Shown one piece after another: positions 10,740-20,037 of a DNA stretch of 20,037 bases. How positions within the stretch are numbered: position 1 is the stretch's first letter; every line of letters begins with the position of its first letter. The stretch is from Stramenopiles sp. TOSAG23-2 (taxonomy: Eukaryota). The notes beneath the pieces are model-generated. The model was not told the origin of the DNA, did no database searches, and saw only the letters and a list, made by a program, of their open reading frames with translations. The position numbers and the translations under genes are program-made. Location: positions 62,001 through 82,037 of the forward strand of contig LT649237.1 in assembly GCA_900128395.1 (NCBI GenBank), in the 5' to 3' direction.

Positions 10740-11915
10740 TTATCTTCTTATCTTCTCATTCTTCTTATCAAATTTACTTTTTAAATATTTCCGTATAATT
10801 CTTCTACCAAATTTAATTTCTTTAAATAACCATTTAATATGTTGATGTGACATTTGATTTATTGGCTTTGCCATTTGTTCTTCAAATGAATGTCGTTTAT
10901 TATAATTGTTACTAGTAACTAAAAGAAAATGTGTCAAAAATGTATGTGATTTACCATAAACGTGTGATAAATAATATTCTTGATCGCTACACCAATTTTC
11001 TGATGGTGGTATTGGTAAAAATTGACCTTTGAATATATCCATGTGCATTTTAGAGAAAAAAGCTTTTGTTATTACACGTTTATATTGTGGATCAAGGGCA
11101 GCGGCAATGCCAAAATTTGGTATTAATTCTTTTTTCAATAAAATACTAGTTAATTTTGTCAAAGTACATGACGACAATAAAAATGAATTTGAATTTAATT
11201 GATAAAAATAATCAGCCTTTTCAACATCATATGCTTCTTTTGCTAAATGATTCCATATATAACATGGGTTAGAAGTTTGATATGGATAAAATTTCATTTT
11301 CATATTTTCTATATTATCAATGTTTCCTTTGCGACGATGATGATGGGACCATTCTAATTCTTCTTCTTCTATGTGACGTATTAATTTCATTTTTAAGTTT
11401 TGAAACAATTTTTTTTTTACATAATTTTGATACTTTTTATTTTCAAGAAATGGTAATGCAATTTTATCGTATCCAAATAAAATGACAACATTAAAATTCT
11501 TCAGATCACAACTTAAAGTTTGAAATAATGAGTCAAAAAATGCTTCGATATTATCGTTATTACGTTTCATTTCGCGAATACGAACTAATAGTGCTATTTT
11601 TGTATTAGATGATTGATAGATATTATTGTCATTATTATTATTATTGTTGTCATTCTTGTTCTTATTCTTGTTGTTATCATATATCATGTGATTAATTTTT
11701 GGATTTAAGATTTCATTATGATTTCCACCACGTACATTAAAATTATCATCATTGATTGTAGACAAAGACGATGACGCTGTTCCATGTACATGTTTGTGCG
11801 GTGTATGAAAAAATAAGAATACGACAGTAAATATTGTAAATGAAGCGCAACAACCTAATATAATTAAAATACACTGTGCACAAATTGAATAACCATTATT
11901 TTTTCGTCTCCTCAT
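10740..11915 (-). CDS. GT-A fold (GT2-like) glycosyltransferase-like type II membrane protein, 391 aa
   Basis: First in-frame ATG at 11915 (the track start 11939 is TTG). Basic cytosolic tail, one TM helix, Asn-rich stem, then ILFGYD, PCYIWNHLAKEAY...ADYFYQLN, FSKMHMDIF, ENWCSD, LSHVY. Confidence 0.7.
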   Translation of the reverse strand: MRRRKNNGYSICAQCILIILGCCASFTIFTVVFLFFHTPHKHVHGTASSSLSTINDDNFNVRGGNHNEILNPKINHMIYDNNKNKNKNDNNNNNNDNNIYQSSNTKIALLVRIREMKRNNDNIEAFFDSLFQTLSCDLKNFNVVILFGYDKIALPFLENKKYQNYVKKKLFQNLKMKLIRHIEEEELEWSHHHRRKGNIDNIENMKMKFYPYQTSNPCYIWNHLAKEAYDVEKADYFYQLNSNSFLLSSCTLTKLTSILLKKELIPNFGIAAALDPQYKRVITKAFFSKMHMDIFKGQFLPIPPSENWCSDQEYYLSHVYGKSHTFLTHFLLVTSNNYNKRHSFEEQMAKPINQMSHQHIKWLFKEIKFGRRIIRKYLKSKFDKKNEKIRR

Positions 11916-12608
11916 ATTTCTAAATATATATTTTCTCAATTGATGATCCTATCATACACATATACATATATATATATATATTTATTTACTTTTGATTTGA
12001 TAAATGATGTTGATACAATATATTTGTTGTATATACTAGTCGTCTATCCATGGATATACATAGATGTATTTATGTATAAATGTGTTTGTTGAAGAATGTA
12101 AAATTGGTAAAAAAAAAAGCACCAAAAATGATGGAACGATTATCTATCTACTACAGAGGACATACACTATAAGTCCTATTTGTATATGCTAACTGGCTAG
12201 ACTAAATAAGTATAAAAATCAATAGTCTTCAGTCCACTTATCCTATTGTCCTTACTGGAAAAGTTGACTGAGGATGATGTGGATATAAATAGCAGCTAAA
12301 TTTTCATCTCATTTTCTCTCTGCATTTTCCTATAATTTGAAATAATAAGTTAAGGTATTATAAAAAATATCGTTTTCGTGTTTTCGTTCTTTTTCTTTCT
12401 TTTTTTTTTCAGGAAAAAATCTATTTCTTCTTCCTTTTTCACCCAAAAGATACAGTATGTGATATATATATATTATTATTCATACATGGATAGGACACAG
12501 GACATACTGTATATATAGATGTAAATAATGTAGGAAAAAGAAAAAACAAACCAGAAGGAAATTACAATCAATTTGTACACTTTTATTATATACAAAATTA
12601 GTAATATC

Positions 12609-13241
12609 ATGATGAAATTAACGTATTTTAACTTTGGTCCAGGTGGGAGAGCATTCATGGTCCGTGCAGCGTTGCATCATGCTGGAATTAGATTTGAAGA
12701 TATAAGATTATCACCAACAGAATTTAAAACAGCAAAACAAAATGGAAAATATCAAACAGGCATTCCTGAATTAGTTTTACGCAATGGTAAAGTGTATACG
12801 CAGTCACTGGCAATGCTTCGTTTTGCAGGCAAATTAGCAAATATCTATCCAACAGATGAGTATAAAGCTTTTGCAGTGGATGTTGTTTGTGATACTGTAC
12901 ATGATTTATTAGCAAAAGCACCAGGAGGTTCCAATGAAGCCGAAAGAGAAAAAAACCGTCAAATATATTCAAATGGAAGAATGAAGGCATATATGGAATC
13001 ATTGGAAAGAACTATACAACAAGAACGTGGAAAATATACTGTTGGTGATGATTTTACAATTGCAGATTTAGACTTATATTTTTTAACAAATATGATATCA
13101 TCTGGTAAATTTGATTACATCCCACCATCATATTTAAATACCTATCCAAATATGGTTGAATTGAATGAAATAATTGCTAAACATCCAATATGTACAAATT
13201 GGATGAGTGAAGTTATGGCTACTTCTGGGGCAAAGCTTTAG
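12609..13241 (+). CDS. Glutathione S-transferase (sigma-like class), 210 aa, C-terminal PTS1 AKL
   Basis: ATG at 12609 or 12612 (the track start is TTG). Motifs KLTYFN..GRA..VR, FEDIRL, IPEL, TQSLAMLRFAGKLANIYP, VGDDFTIADL. Ends GAKL*. Confidence 0.92.
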   Translation: MMKLTYFNFGPGGRAFMVRAALHHAGIRFEDIRLSPTEFKTAKQNGKYQTGIPELVLRNGKVYTQSLAMLRFAGKLANIYPTDEYKAFAVDVVCDTVHDLLAKAPGGSNEAEREKNRQIYSNGRMKAYMESLERTIQQERGKYTVGDDFTIADLDLYFLTNMISSGKFDYIPPSYLNTYPNMVELNEIIAKHPICTNWMSEVMATSGAKL

Positions 13242-13441
13242 TCGCTACACGAAAAAAAAAGGGGTGTGTTTCTTCTATCAAATTTTAAAACACACACACA
13301 CCAAATCTATATCTCAGGATATGTGATTATAACGAGATGTATTAATTACACACAAATTTTTAATAATATTCTCTACTAGATACTCTCGTACAAATTTACT
13401 AAAATCATCCTCATCATGTCCTCTCGTTTTCATCCACATCA

Positions 13442-15226
13442 TCATTGATTCATAATCATATCTGCACCTTTCTCAGCAATCATAATAGTTGGTGAATTTG
13501 TATTTCCACTTGTTATTGTTGGCATAATGCTAGCATCAATCACACGAATGCCATTTAATCCGTGTACACGTAACTCTTCATCTACTACGGCTGTCGGGTC
13601 ACTTCTTTGTCCCATTTTACATGTACCAACTGGATGAAAAATAGATAACGAAATATTCCCTGCAGCTTCTGCTAGTTCCTCATCTGATTGTAATTCTTTT
13701 CCAGGTAATATTTCATTTGGTTCATATTTTTCATACGCTTTGGTGCTCATAATTTTCCGATTCCATTGAATAGATTGCGAAGCAATTTCACGATCTTCAG
13801 GTGTGCTTAAATAATTTGGATCAATGATTGGATTGTTACGTATATCTGGGCCATCCAATGTAATGGAACCACGACTTGTCGGGCGCAAATTGCATACACT
13901 TAATGTAATTGCAGGAAATTTATGCAATGGATCGCCAAATTTATCTAGACTTAATGGTTGAAAATGATATTGTAAATTTGGGGTTTCAACATCTTCTGAT
14001 GATTTTAAAAATGCACCTAATTGACTTGGTGCCATACTAAGTGGACCTGCTTGTTTAAAAATATATTCTAATCCCATTTTAATATTATCAATAATACTAT
14101 GGTATTTTTGATTTAATGTTTCCGTGCCTTCTTTTAACCGATATATCCCTCGTATTTGCAAATGGTCTTGTAAATTGTACCCAACACCATCTAATTGATG
14201 CTTCACTTTTACCTCATTTTTTTCTAATACATCTTTCGGTCCAATACCTGATACTTGTAATAAATGTGGTGATCCAACGGCTCCAGCAGTTAAAACACAT
14301 TCTTTCTTTGAGAAAATTTGTTGTGCATTTCCACTTTTATCGTAATATTCAATTCCAACCACATTTTCCGTTTCCTCATCATCAAATAAAATTTCCTTTG
14401 CTTGTGCATTTGTAATTACAGTTAAATTATCACGATCTTTGACTGGATCTAAAAAAGCACCAGAAGATGACAAACGTACCCCATCCGTTTGATTGACTTG
14501 AAAATAACCAATACCTTCCTCATTACTATTGTTAAAATGTTTACTAGTATCAATACCAATTTCATTTGCACCTTCGACGACATCGTCCAAAACTTTCCAA
14601 CTTATACGTTGTTTTTGTACTTTCCATTCACCCCCTTGTGGATATTCATCTTGAATTTCCTTATTTTCATCATCATCAAAAAAAGCAGTGGAATAATCTA
14701 ATGGTTTTTGAAAATATTGTTTTACATTTTCCCATCCCCAACCATTATTACCTAATTCTTTCCATGTATCATAATCTTTCCTCTGTCCACGCATGTAGAT
14801 CATTCCGTTAATCGAGCTACATCCACCTAATACTTTTCCTCTTGGATAAATAATACTTCGCCCATTCAATCCTTCTTGCGGCTCAGTTTTGAAGCACCAA
14901 TCAGTATATTTATTTCCTTGTGAATATAAATACCCAACAGGTACATGTATCCACGGATACCAATCTTTACCACCAGCTTCTAGTATAGCTACTTTATTGT
15001 TTGGATTGGATGATAATCGATTTGCAACTACACAACCAGCTGAACCAGCACCTACGATGATATAATCATAGGTATTACTTTCATTTTTATTATTATATAC
15101 ACTTCCACCTTGTGTTGGTACAGTATTAGAAATGCATCTAATACTACTATTATTTATTTTTTTCCTACTATTCATCCATATGCCATTATTTTTCACATAT
15201 TTCAATAATATATTTCTTCGTAACAT
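13442..15226 (-). CDS. GMC-family FAD oxidoreductase (choline dehydrogenase-like; resembles bacterial 3-hydroxypropionate dehydrogenase subtype), 594 aa, predicted mitochondrial
   Basis: ATG at 15226 (the track start is GTG). Motifs [48 protein letters not shown], catalytic [10 protein letters not shown] and GNTNSPT. Presequence [12 protein letters not shown]...SIRCIS. Confidence 0.93.
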   Translation of the reverse strand: MLRRNILLKYVKNNGIWMNSRKKINNSSIRCISNTVPTQGGSVYNNKNESNTYDYIIVGAGSAGCVVANRLSSNPNNKVAILEAGGKDWYPWIHVPVGYLYSQGNKYTDWCFKTEPQEGLNGRSIIYPRGKVLGGCSSINGMIYMRGQRKDYDTWKELGNNGWGWENVKQYFQKPLDYSTAFFDDDENKEIQDEYPQGGEWKVQKQRISWKVLDDVVEGANEIGIDTSKHFNNSNEEGIGYFQVNQTDGVRLSSSGAFLDPVKDRDNLTVITNAQAKEILFDDEETENVVGIEYYDKSGNAQQIFSKKECVLTAGAVGSPHLLQVSGIGPKDVLEKNEVKVKHQLDGVGYNLQDHLQIRGIYRLKEGTETLNQKYHSIIDNIKMGLEYIFKQAGPLSMAPSQLGAFLKSSEDVETPNLQYHFQPLSLDKFGDPLHKFPAITLSVCNLRPTSRGSITLDGPDIRNNPIIDPNYLSTPEDREIASQSIQWNRKIMSTKAYEKYEPNEILPGKELQSDEELAEAAGNISLSIFHPVGTCKMGQRSDPTAVVDEELRVHGLNGIRVIDASIMPTITSGNTNSPTIMIAEKGADMIMNQ

Positions 15227-15499
15227 GATTGAATAAATACGAACAAAATAAACCACGGTTCGATTTCATACAATAGTAGTATATTGTCACGTTGTATACA
15301 ATTGATAATAATTCTTCGTTGCTTGATTGGTATATATATATATGTCTACTTAGATGCCGTACAACTTTTATTCTTTTTGTTCCGTCCATCAATATAATTT
15401 TGATCTATTTTTTTTGTTGCAAAAAGTTGGATTGAGAAGCGCAATTCGAGTAATCTGGTAATGGTATTTTCATGCCTACACCATAAAAGTGTTGCGCCT

Positions 15500-15543
15500 A
15501 CACAGCACTGGTTATTTTTCATTACGAATAACCAGTCCTGTGT
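15500..15543. repeat. Short inverted repeat (17-bp arms, 1 mismatch, 10-nt loop)
   Basis: ACACAGCACTGGTTATT (15500-15516) pairs with AATAACCAGTCCTGTGT (15527-15543). Confidence 0.85.
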
Positions 15544-15546
15544 GTA

Positions 15547-15801
15547 CCTGTTAATCCGGAAGTCGATAGGAAAATATCATATATTGAAGTATAATAGTTA
15601 GTATTCTAAATCACACAATAAAATATTACCTTAATTTAGTTCAATTTAGAGTGTTCTCTTTGGTGTTTTGCTGCAAAATTTCAATGAAAAGCGACAATTC
15701 TATACAGTAAATTAAGGTAATATTTTATTGTGTGATGTAGATTACAAATGATTATACTTCAATATATATGATATTTTCCTACCGAATTCCGGATTAACAG
15801 G
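15547..15801. mobile_element. 255-bp fold-back / MITE-like element with long terminal inverted repeats
   Basis: Arm 15547-15638 matches the reverse complement of 15708-15801 at 85 of 92 positions, plus a 2-nt indel. The terminal 15 bp (CCTGTTAATCCGGAA) and an inner 29-bp block are perfect. The inverted repeat is certain; the mobile-element identity is inferred and no TSD was found. Confidence 0.6.
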
Positions 15802-16111
15802 ATGGTTGAACATAATACAAAAAACACAAATCCTATTTGTTGCATTTGTTGTAGGTATAAGATGTTACTTCTTGTAGAGATTGGAGAAGAACTATTTTTG
15901 TTTTTTTTTTTTTTTAATATATATATATGTTACCATTTTTATGTTTTTATGTTTTATTTTTGATTTGTTTTGTTTTTTATTTTGTTTTTTATTTTGTTTT
16001 GGTCTTTATAACAATATTAGAAAAAAATTATAGTAAGTTAGCTTTAGCATTTTCTTCTTTTTTTAAATATAATATAATAATAATAATAATAATAATAAAT
16101 ATACACACAAT

Positions 16112-17296
16112 ATGGGATGTGGTGCCTCGATACAAAGAAATCCTGATGATGGTAAAGGATTGCCAATGAAAGAAGTGGAAAATTGGGGGCATGATAATAA
16201 TAATAATCAGCAGTCGGTGATAAATAATAATGTAAAGGAAAATATTCAATTTAATTTAAAATTTGAGCCATTGAAAGAATTATGGACTAGTGAAGATATG
16301 CCAAAAGGTAAAGCATTAGTATTATTAAAAGATTGTATAAATTCATATTCAAAATTTCTAATTGCATTTTTCAATCAATTTAGTAATAGTAATAAAGAGA
16401 AAATGTCGTTAGTCGAATTTAATAATTGTATGAAAACTTGTGGAATCGATTTGGATGAAGATACTATGAAAAATCATTTATTCGAAATTGTTGGGTATCC
16501 AGAAGATGAAGATGATGCTGAAGAATTAAGTAATATTACATGTACTGTTGGTGAATTTGCATCAGCGTTAGTTCGAATTGCAAATAGTCTTGCTATACAA
16601 AATAGCGGTGCTGATAATAGTGGATTGAAAAAACAATTTTTTGATTTAATAATAATAATTAAAACAAAATTAAAAGGTGAACTTGAAACTATTTATAATG
16701 AAGGGCCAAATCAAAGCAAAATACGAAATGAAGCATTTTTTTTGCCGCCTGATGATTTTAAAGGAACATCAAAAATTGTATTTTTAACACTTGGAACAAG
16801 TAATGATGATATATGGGGAAAAGTCAAGATAAAGCTGAATACGGAGATAACTCCAATAACATCGTATAATTTTTTTTCATTATGTACCAGCAACGAAAAC
16901 AGCATTGGCGAATTATCAAATGTTCCATTGTCATTAAAAGGCTCATCCTTTCATCGAATAGTAAAAAATTCATTTATTCAAGGAGGTGATATAACTGGAG
17001 GAGATGGGTATGGTGGTGAAAGTATTTATGGTGGTGATTATAACGATGAAAATTTTGAATTAAAACATGATGTTGAAGGAATTCTTTCAAGCGCAAATAA
17101 TGGTCCAAATACAAATTCATCTCAATTTTTTATTACAACATCGCCACAAGCACAATTAGATGGGGAAAATGTTGTTTTTGGAAATGTAATTGAAGGTATT
17201 GATATTGTAAAACGTGTTGAAAATGATATTAATACAGATGAAGATGATGTACCTTTATCAAAAATTTGTATCCTTGATTGTGGAGAGGTATTGTAA
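16112..17296 (+). CDS. N-myristoylated/palmitoylated protein with degenerate EF-hand-like region fused to a C-terminal cyclophilin-type PPIase domain
   Basis: 394-aa ORF starting MGCGAS. Mid-region KMSLVEFNNCMKTCG...EFASALVRIA. Cyclophilin motifs PITSYNFFSLCT, FHRIVKNSFIQGGDITGGDGYGGESIYG, DENFELKH, ANNGPNTNSSQFFIT, LDGENVVFG. Confidence 0.9.
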   Translation: MGCGASIQRNPDDGKGLPMKEVENWGHDNNNNQQSVINNNVKENIQFNLKFEPLKELWTSEDMPKGKALVLLKDCINSYSKFLIAFFNQFSNSNKEKMSLVEFNNCMKTCGIDLDEDTMKNHLFEIVGYPEDEDDAEELSNITCTVGEFASALVRIANSLAIQNSGADNSGLKKQFFDLIIIIKTKLKGELETIYNEGPNQSKIRNEAFFLPPDDFKGTSKIVFLTLGTSNDDIWGKVKIKLNTEITPITSYNFFSLCTSNENSIGELSNVPLSLKGSSFHRIVKNSFIQGGDITGGDGYGGESIYGGDYNDENFELKHDVEGILSSANNGPNTNSSQFFITTSPQAQLDGENVVFGNVIEGIDIVKRVENDINTDEDDVPLSKICILDCGEVL

Positions 17297-17669
17297 AAGA
17301 ATAAAGTAGTGTAACTGAAGACACTGGGAGGTAATTAAAATATCATAAGTGATAATGGTATACTGGTATACACGCGTATCGTGTACATCACATTATCTGA
17401 CGACGCTTAAAAATTTTTTGAAAAAAAATGTGGTTAAAATCTAAGTTTATAATAATTTTACTTCCCATGGTAAATACTATTTTATGCTCAAATTACCCTA
17501 TCTCAGGAATAAAATATAATTTTTAATCCCCCTCTACTATTTTAGTAAAGCTCTAATGCACGTCTGCAAACAACTAATACTCTACAAAAATATACGCTCG
17601 GATGTTGTGATATTTAGTATTATATGATATAATTAAACGCACTAGTATGTTGAAATGAATCAATAATGC

Positions 17670-19631
17670 TTACTGCTGCGCACATCGACGAGCTCCTTCT
17701 GGCATATCCATATCATCGTCGTCAGAATCCTCATCATCATCCTCATCATCATCATCTTCGCCATTGTTGCTACCATCTGGTCCTTGCTGTTGTGCTTGCA
17801 TCCTTCGTAATAATTCGTGTCTTCTAGCCATAGCAAGAAGTTGTCTCAGATCACCAAATCCTTGTTGTTGTTGTTGTGGAAATTGGAATGCATGTCCATA
17901 ATCATTAGCATCCACCTCCTCCTCTTCCTCCTCCTCCTCCTCTGGTTCCTCGCATTCTTCAATTACATCTCTATTTGTTTCATCTCCATCAAAATCTAAA
18001 ACCCACGTATCACCAAGTTCCTCGTTTCCATATGGTAACGCTAATGCTCCACCAAATACAACCATGCGTGTACCACAAGCCAATTTTGCTACAGTTTGAT
18101 TTTGTCGTGCACATGGTAATCGTTGTTCATTGACCGTGGCTACTCTTTGCATTTGAAATGTATTATTATCAACTTCAAGCAAATGTAGGTGATTTGTAGT
18201 TTCATTCGGTGGTCCACCAAAACTAAATAAAATATTTCCATTCAGTTCGATGGCACTATGGCATCGACACAACCCACGAAAGTTGGTGCTCTCCATGTTC
18301 AAGAAAGAAATCTCAGGGTGCGACCAATTTAATGTTTCATTTCTCAAATCCAAAATATATAATTCTGTTTGTAATTCTTCCCCATCACGTTGGCCTTTAT
18401 AGTTTGAAGAGCCAGTCGAACCACCAGCAATGTATAATTGTCCTTTCACATACGTACATGTATGTCCAAACCGGGCGCATGGTTGCTCTCCATCAGGTTG
18501 GTTATTATCAAATGTTGGCACTAAAATTTCATTTGTCCTAGGATGCATTTCTAACTTTGCTGTTTGGAATTCTGCTATTGCGCCATTCATGTTAAATCCA
18601 CCAAATATATATAATTTACTGAGATGATTTTCATGGACACCATCTTTTATCATTTCGTTTGAAACAAAATTTACTGTATGATAAGATCTTGCAATTGCAC
18701 CATGTTGTCTTCCATTCCTTGTTATGGGCTTCCAAAGAAATTTAAATTTATTTTCATCGTTAACAATCTCGTTATGGATAGTTATAGCTGTAAGAGAACT
18801 GATTTCACCTCGATATCCACCCATCGTAACACCACCAAACATTATCATACCTTCTGCATTGGGATGGAGAACGCCTGGAGGTATGTGTGTAATGGAATGT
18901 CCATACGTAGCATTTTCCCTTCCCCTATTTTGAATATTATATGTCTGCCATTCGTATTTTGACTTTACAAAAGAGTTGCTGCTGCTGCTGCTGCTGCTAC
19001 TACTACTGCTACTTTCATCATTTGATGTGGCTTTTTTTTCAGATTTTAACGTTTCTTCCGCTCCGTTGTTTGTTGTTGTTGTCTTCGTTGTTGTGGTCGT
19101 CGTCGTCTTCTTCGTTACAGTTGTTGTTATTGGTAAGTCTCTCAATAGGCTGACGCCAACTGACAACCCTCTTGTAGTCCAACCTCCTACGATACAAAAT
19201 ACCCCGTGTGGAATTGTTGTGACAATGCATCCACTACTTCCTTGTCTTTCAATTGGGTCAGTTCTTGAAGAGTGACCATTAGATATTTGATAATATTTGG
19301 AATGTCTCAGTTGAAAACTAAGATACGCACGTCGATAATTATTATACTTTGATAAATTATTATGGTTTTTGAAAACATGTTTATAGTTTCCAAATTCATT
19401 TCCATATAATTCAATCCATAAATATTCAGTCCTACTCCTCCAGTTAATATGTTTGGAGATGGTTCCTAGTTGTGCAACTTCATAACCATGGAGAAAGGAA
19501 AACGAATATTCTAATAAATTTGGTTTTTCACTAAAAATTTCAAAATTGATTTTTTCCTCTTTTGTTTCTGTATTAGCCACCAGTGCACTCTTCTTTCCCG
19601 TAACAATCGGTGACACTACGATGGACGCCAT
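17670..19631 (-). CDS. F-box-like + Kelch-repeat protein with acidic tail and C-terminal CaaX (CAQQ)
   Basis: 653-aa ORF. F-box-like NLLEYSFSFLHGYEVAQLGTISKHINWRSRTEYLW. Kelch signatures ARSYHT, LYIFGGF, PCARFGHTC..LYIAGG, RCHSA..LFSFGG, PCARQ..MVVFGG..LGDTWVLD. Ends RRCAQQ*. Confidence 0.85.
   Translation of the reverse strand: MASIVVSPIVTGKKSALVANTETKEEKINFEIFSEKPNLLEYSFSFLHGYEVAQLGTISKHINWRSRTEYLWIELYGNEFGNYKHVFKNHNNLSKYNNYRRAYLSFQLRHSKYYQISNGHSSRTDPIERQGSSGCIVTTIPHGVFCIVGGWTTRGLSVGVSLLRDLPITTTVTKKTTTTTTTKTTTTNNGAEETLKSEKKATSNDESSSSSSSSSSSSNSFVKSKYEWQTYNIQNRGRENATYGHSITHIPPGVLHPNAEGMIMFGGVTMGGYRGEISSLTAITIHNEIVNDENKFKFLWKPITRNGRQHGAIARSYHTVNFVSNEMIKDGVHENHLSKLYIFGGFNMNGAIAEFQTAKLEMHPRTNEILVPTFDNNQPDGEQPCARFGHTCTYVKGQLYIAGGSTGSSNYKGQRDGEELQTELYILDLRNETLNWSHPEISFLNMESTNFRGLCRCHSAIELNGNILFSFGGPPNETTNHLHLLEVDNNTFQMQRVATVNEQRLPCARQNQTVAKLACGTRMVVFGGALALPYGNEELGDTWVLDFDGDETNRDVIEECEEPEEEEEEEEEVDANDYGHAFQFPQQQQQGFGDLRQLLAMARRHELLRRMQAQQQGPDGSNNGEDDDDEDDDEDSDDDDMDMPEGARRCAQQ
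18976..19012. repeat. (GCT/ACT)n trinucleotide tract encoding poly-Ser in the F-box/Kelch gene
   Basis: ttgctgctgctgctgctgctgctactactactgctac read directly; lies next to a poly-Thr tract. Confidence 0.8.
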
Positions 19632-20037
19632 GGTTATTGTTAGTATTATTGCATATGTTTATATTAGTAATATATATGATATCCGTCATACTTTGTTTTT
19701 TTATAATTTGATATCTTTTTTTTAGAATTTTAAATTTGTTTACACGTAGTAGCGAAGAATGATCAATCGAACTCTATTTCTTCATTCTGGCATTATAACA
19801 CTACATATCATTACATCTCGCATATTTTCCATCAAATTTCATCATTTTCAACATTTTCAACCTAAATTTTAGTATTTCATTGTTTTGATGATGGATTTTT
19901 CATTTCATTACATGAAAACAAAGGAAAAACATTGAAAATACCTTTTTAAACTTAGGCTCCACTAGTATACTATTTTTCCTATCAATTGGCAAAATAATTT
20001 TGACATTTCTCGTTTTCAGAAATTAGGGATAGCAGAA

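Noticed and set aside
11916-15256. TTG/GTG starts given by the ORF track for the GT, GST and GMC genes
   Set aside because: The context is eukaryotic, and in-frame ATGs at 11915, 12609 and 15226 give sensible N-termini.
15894-16249. Hydrophobic small ORFs 15927-16169 and 16028-16249
   Set aside because: They are products of poly-T and (AAT)n tracts in the cyclophilin upstream region.
17817-19275. Several short ORFs overlapping the Kelch gene (poly-C/L/V translations)
   Set aside because: They are alternative-frame readings of trinucleotide repeats.

Overview
Gene-dense, very AT-rich, intron-poor eukaryotic nuclear DNA using the standard code. It is probably a unicellular protist, possibly a marine stramenopile-like heterotroph (inferred from poly-Asn/Ser tracts, one GT-AG intron and organellar targeting signals). 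Ten protein genes are supported: (1) a 3'-truncated bacterial-type Npt/TLC-family transporter with a HEAT-like tail, absent from the ORF track; (2) an intron-split O-acetylhomoserine sulfhydrylase; (3) a VOC/glyoxalase-like protein; (4) a glycoside-hydrolase-like beta-propeller; (5) an OFA-family MFS transporter; (6) a GT-A glycosyltransferase-like type II membrane protein; (7) a GST ending in AKL; (8) a GMC oxidoreductase; (9) a dually acylated EF-hand-like/cyclophilin fusion; (10) an F-box/Kelch protein ending in a CAQQ prenylation motif. Four of the ten have mitochondrial-type presequences in front of bacterial-looking catalytic or transport cores. The main non-coding feature is a 255-bp fold-back element (15547-15801) next to a 44-bp hairpin, between two divergent genes. 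No rRNA, tRNA or CRISPR array was recognised. Family calls come from recalled motifs; no searches were run.
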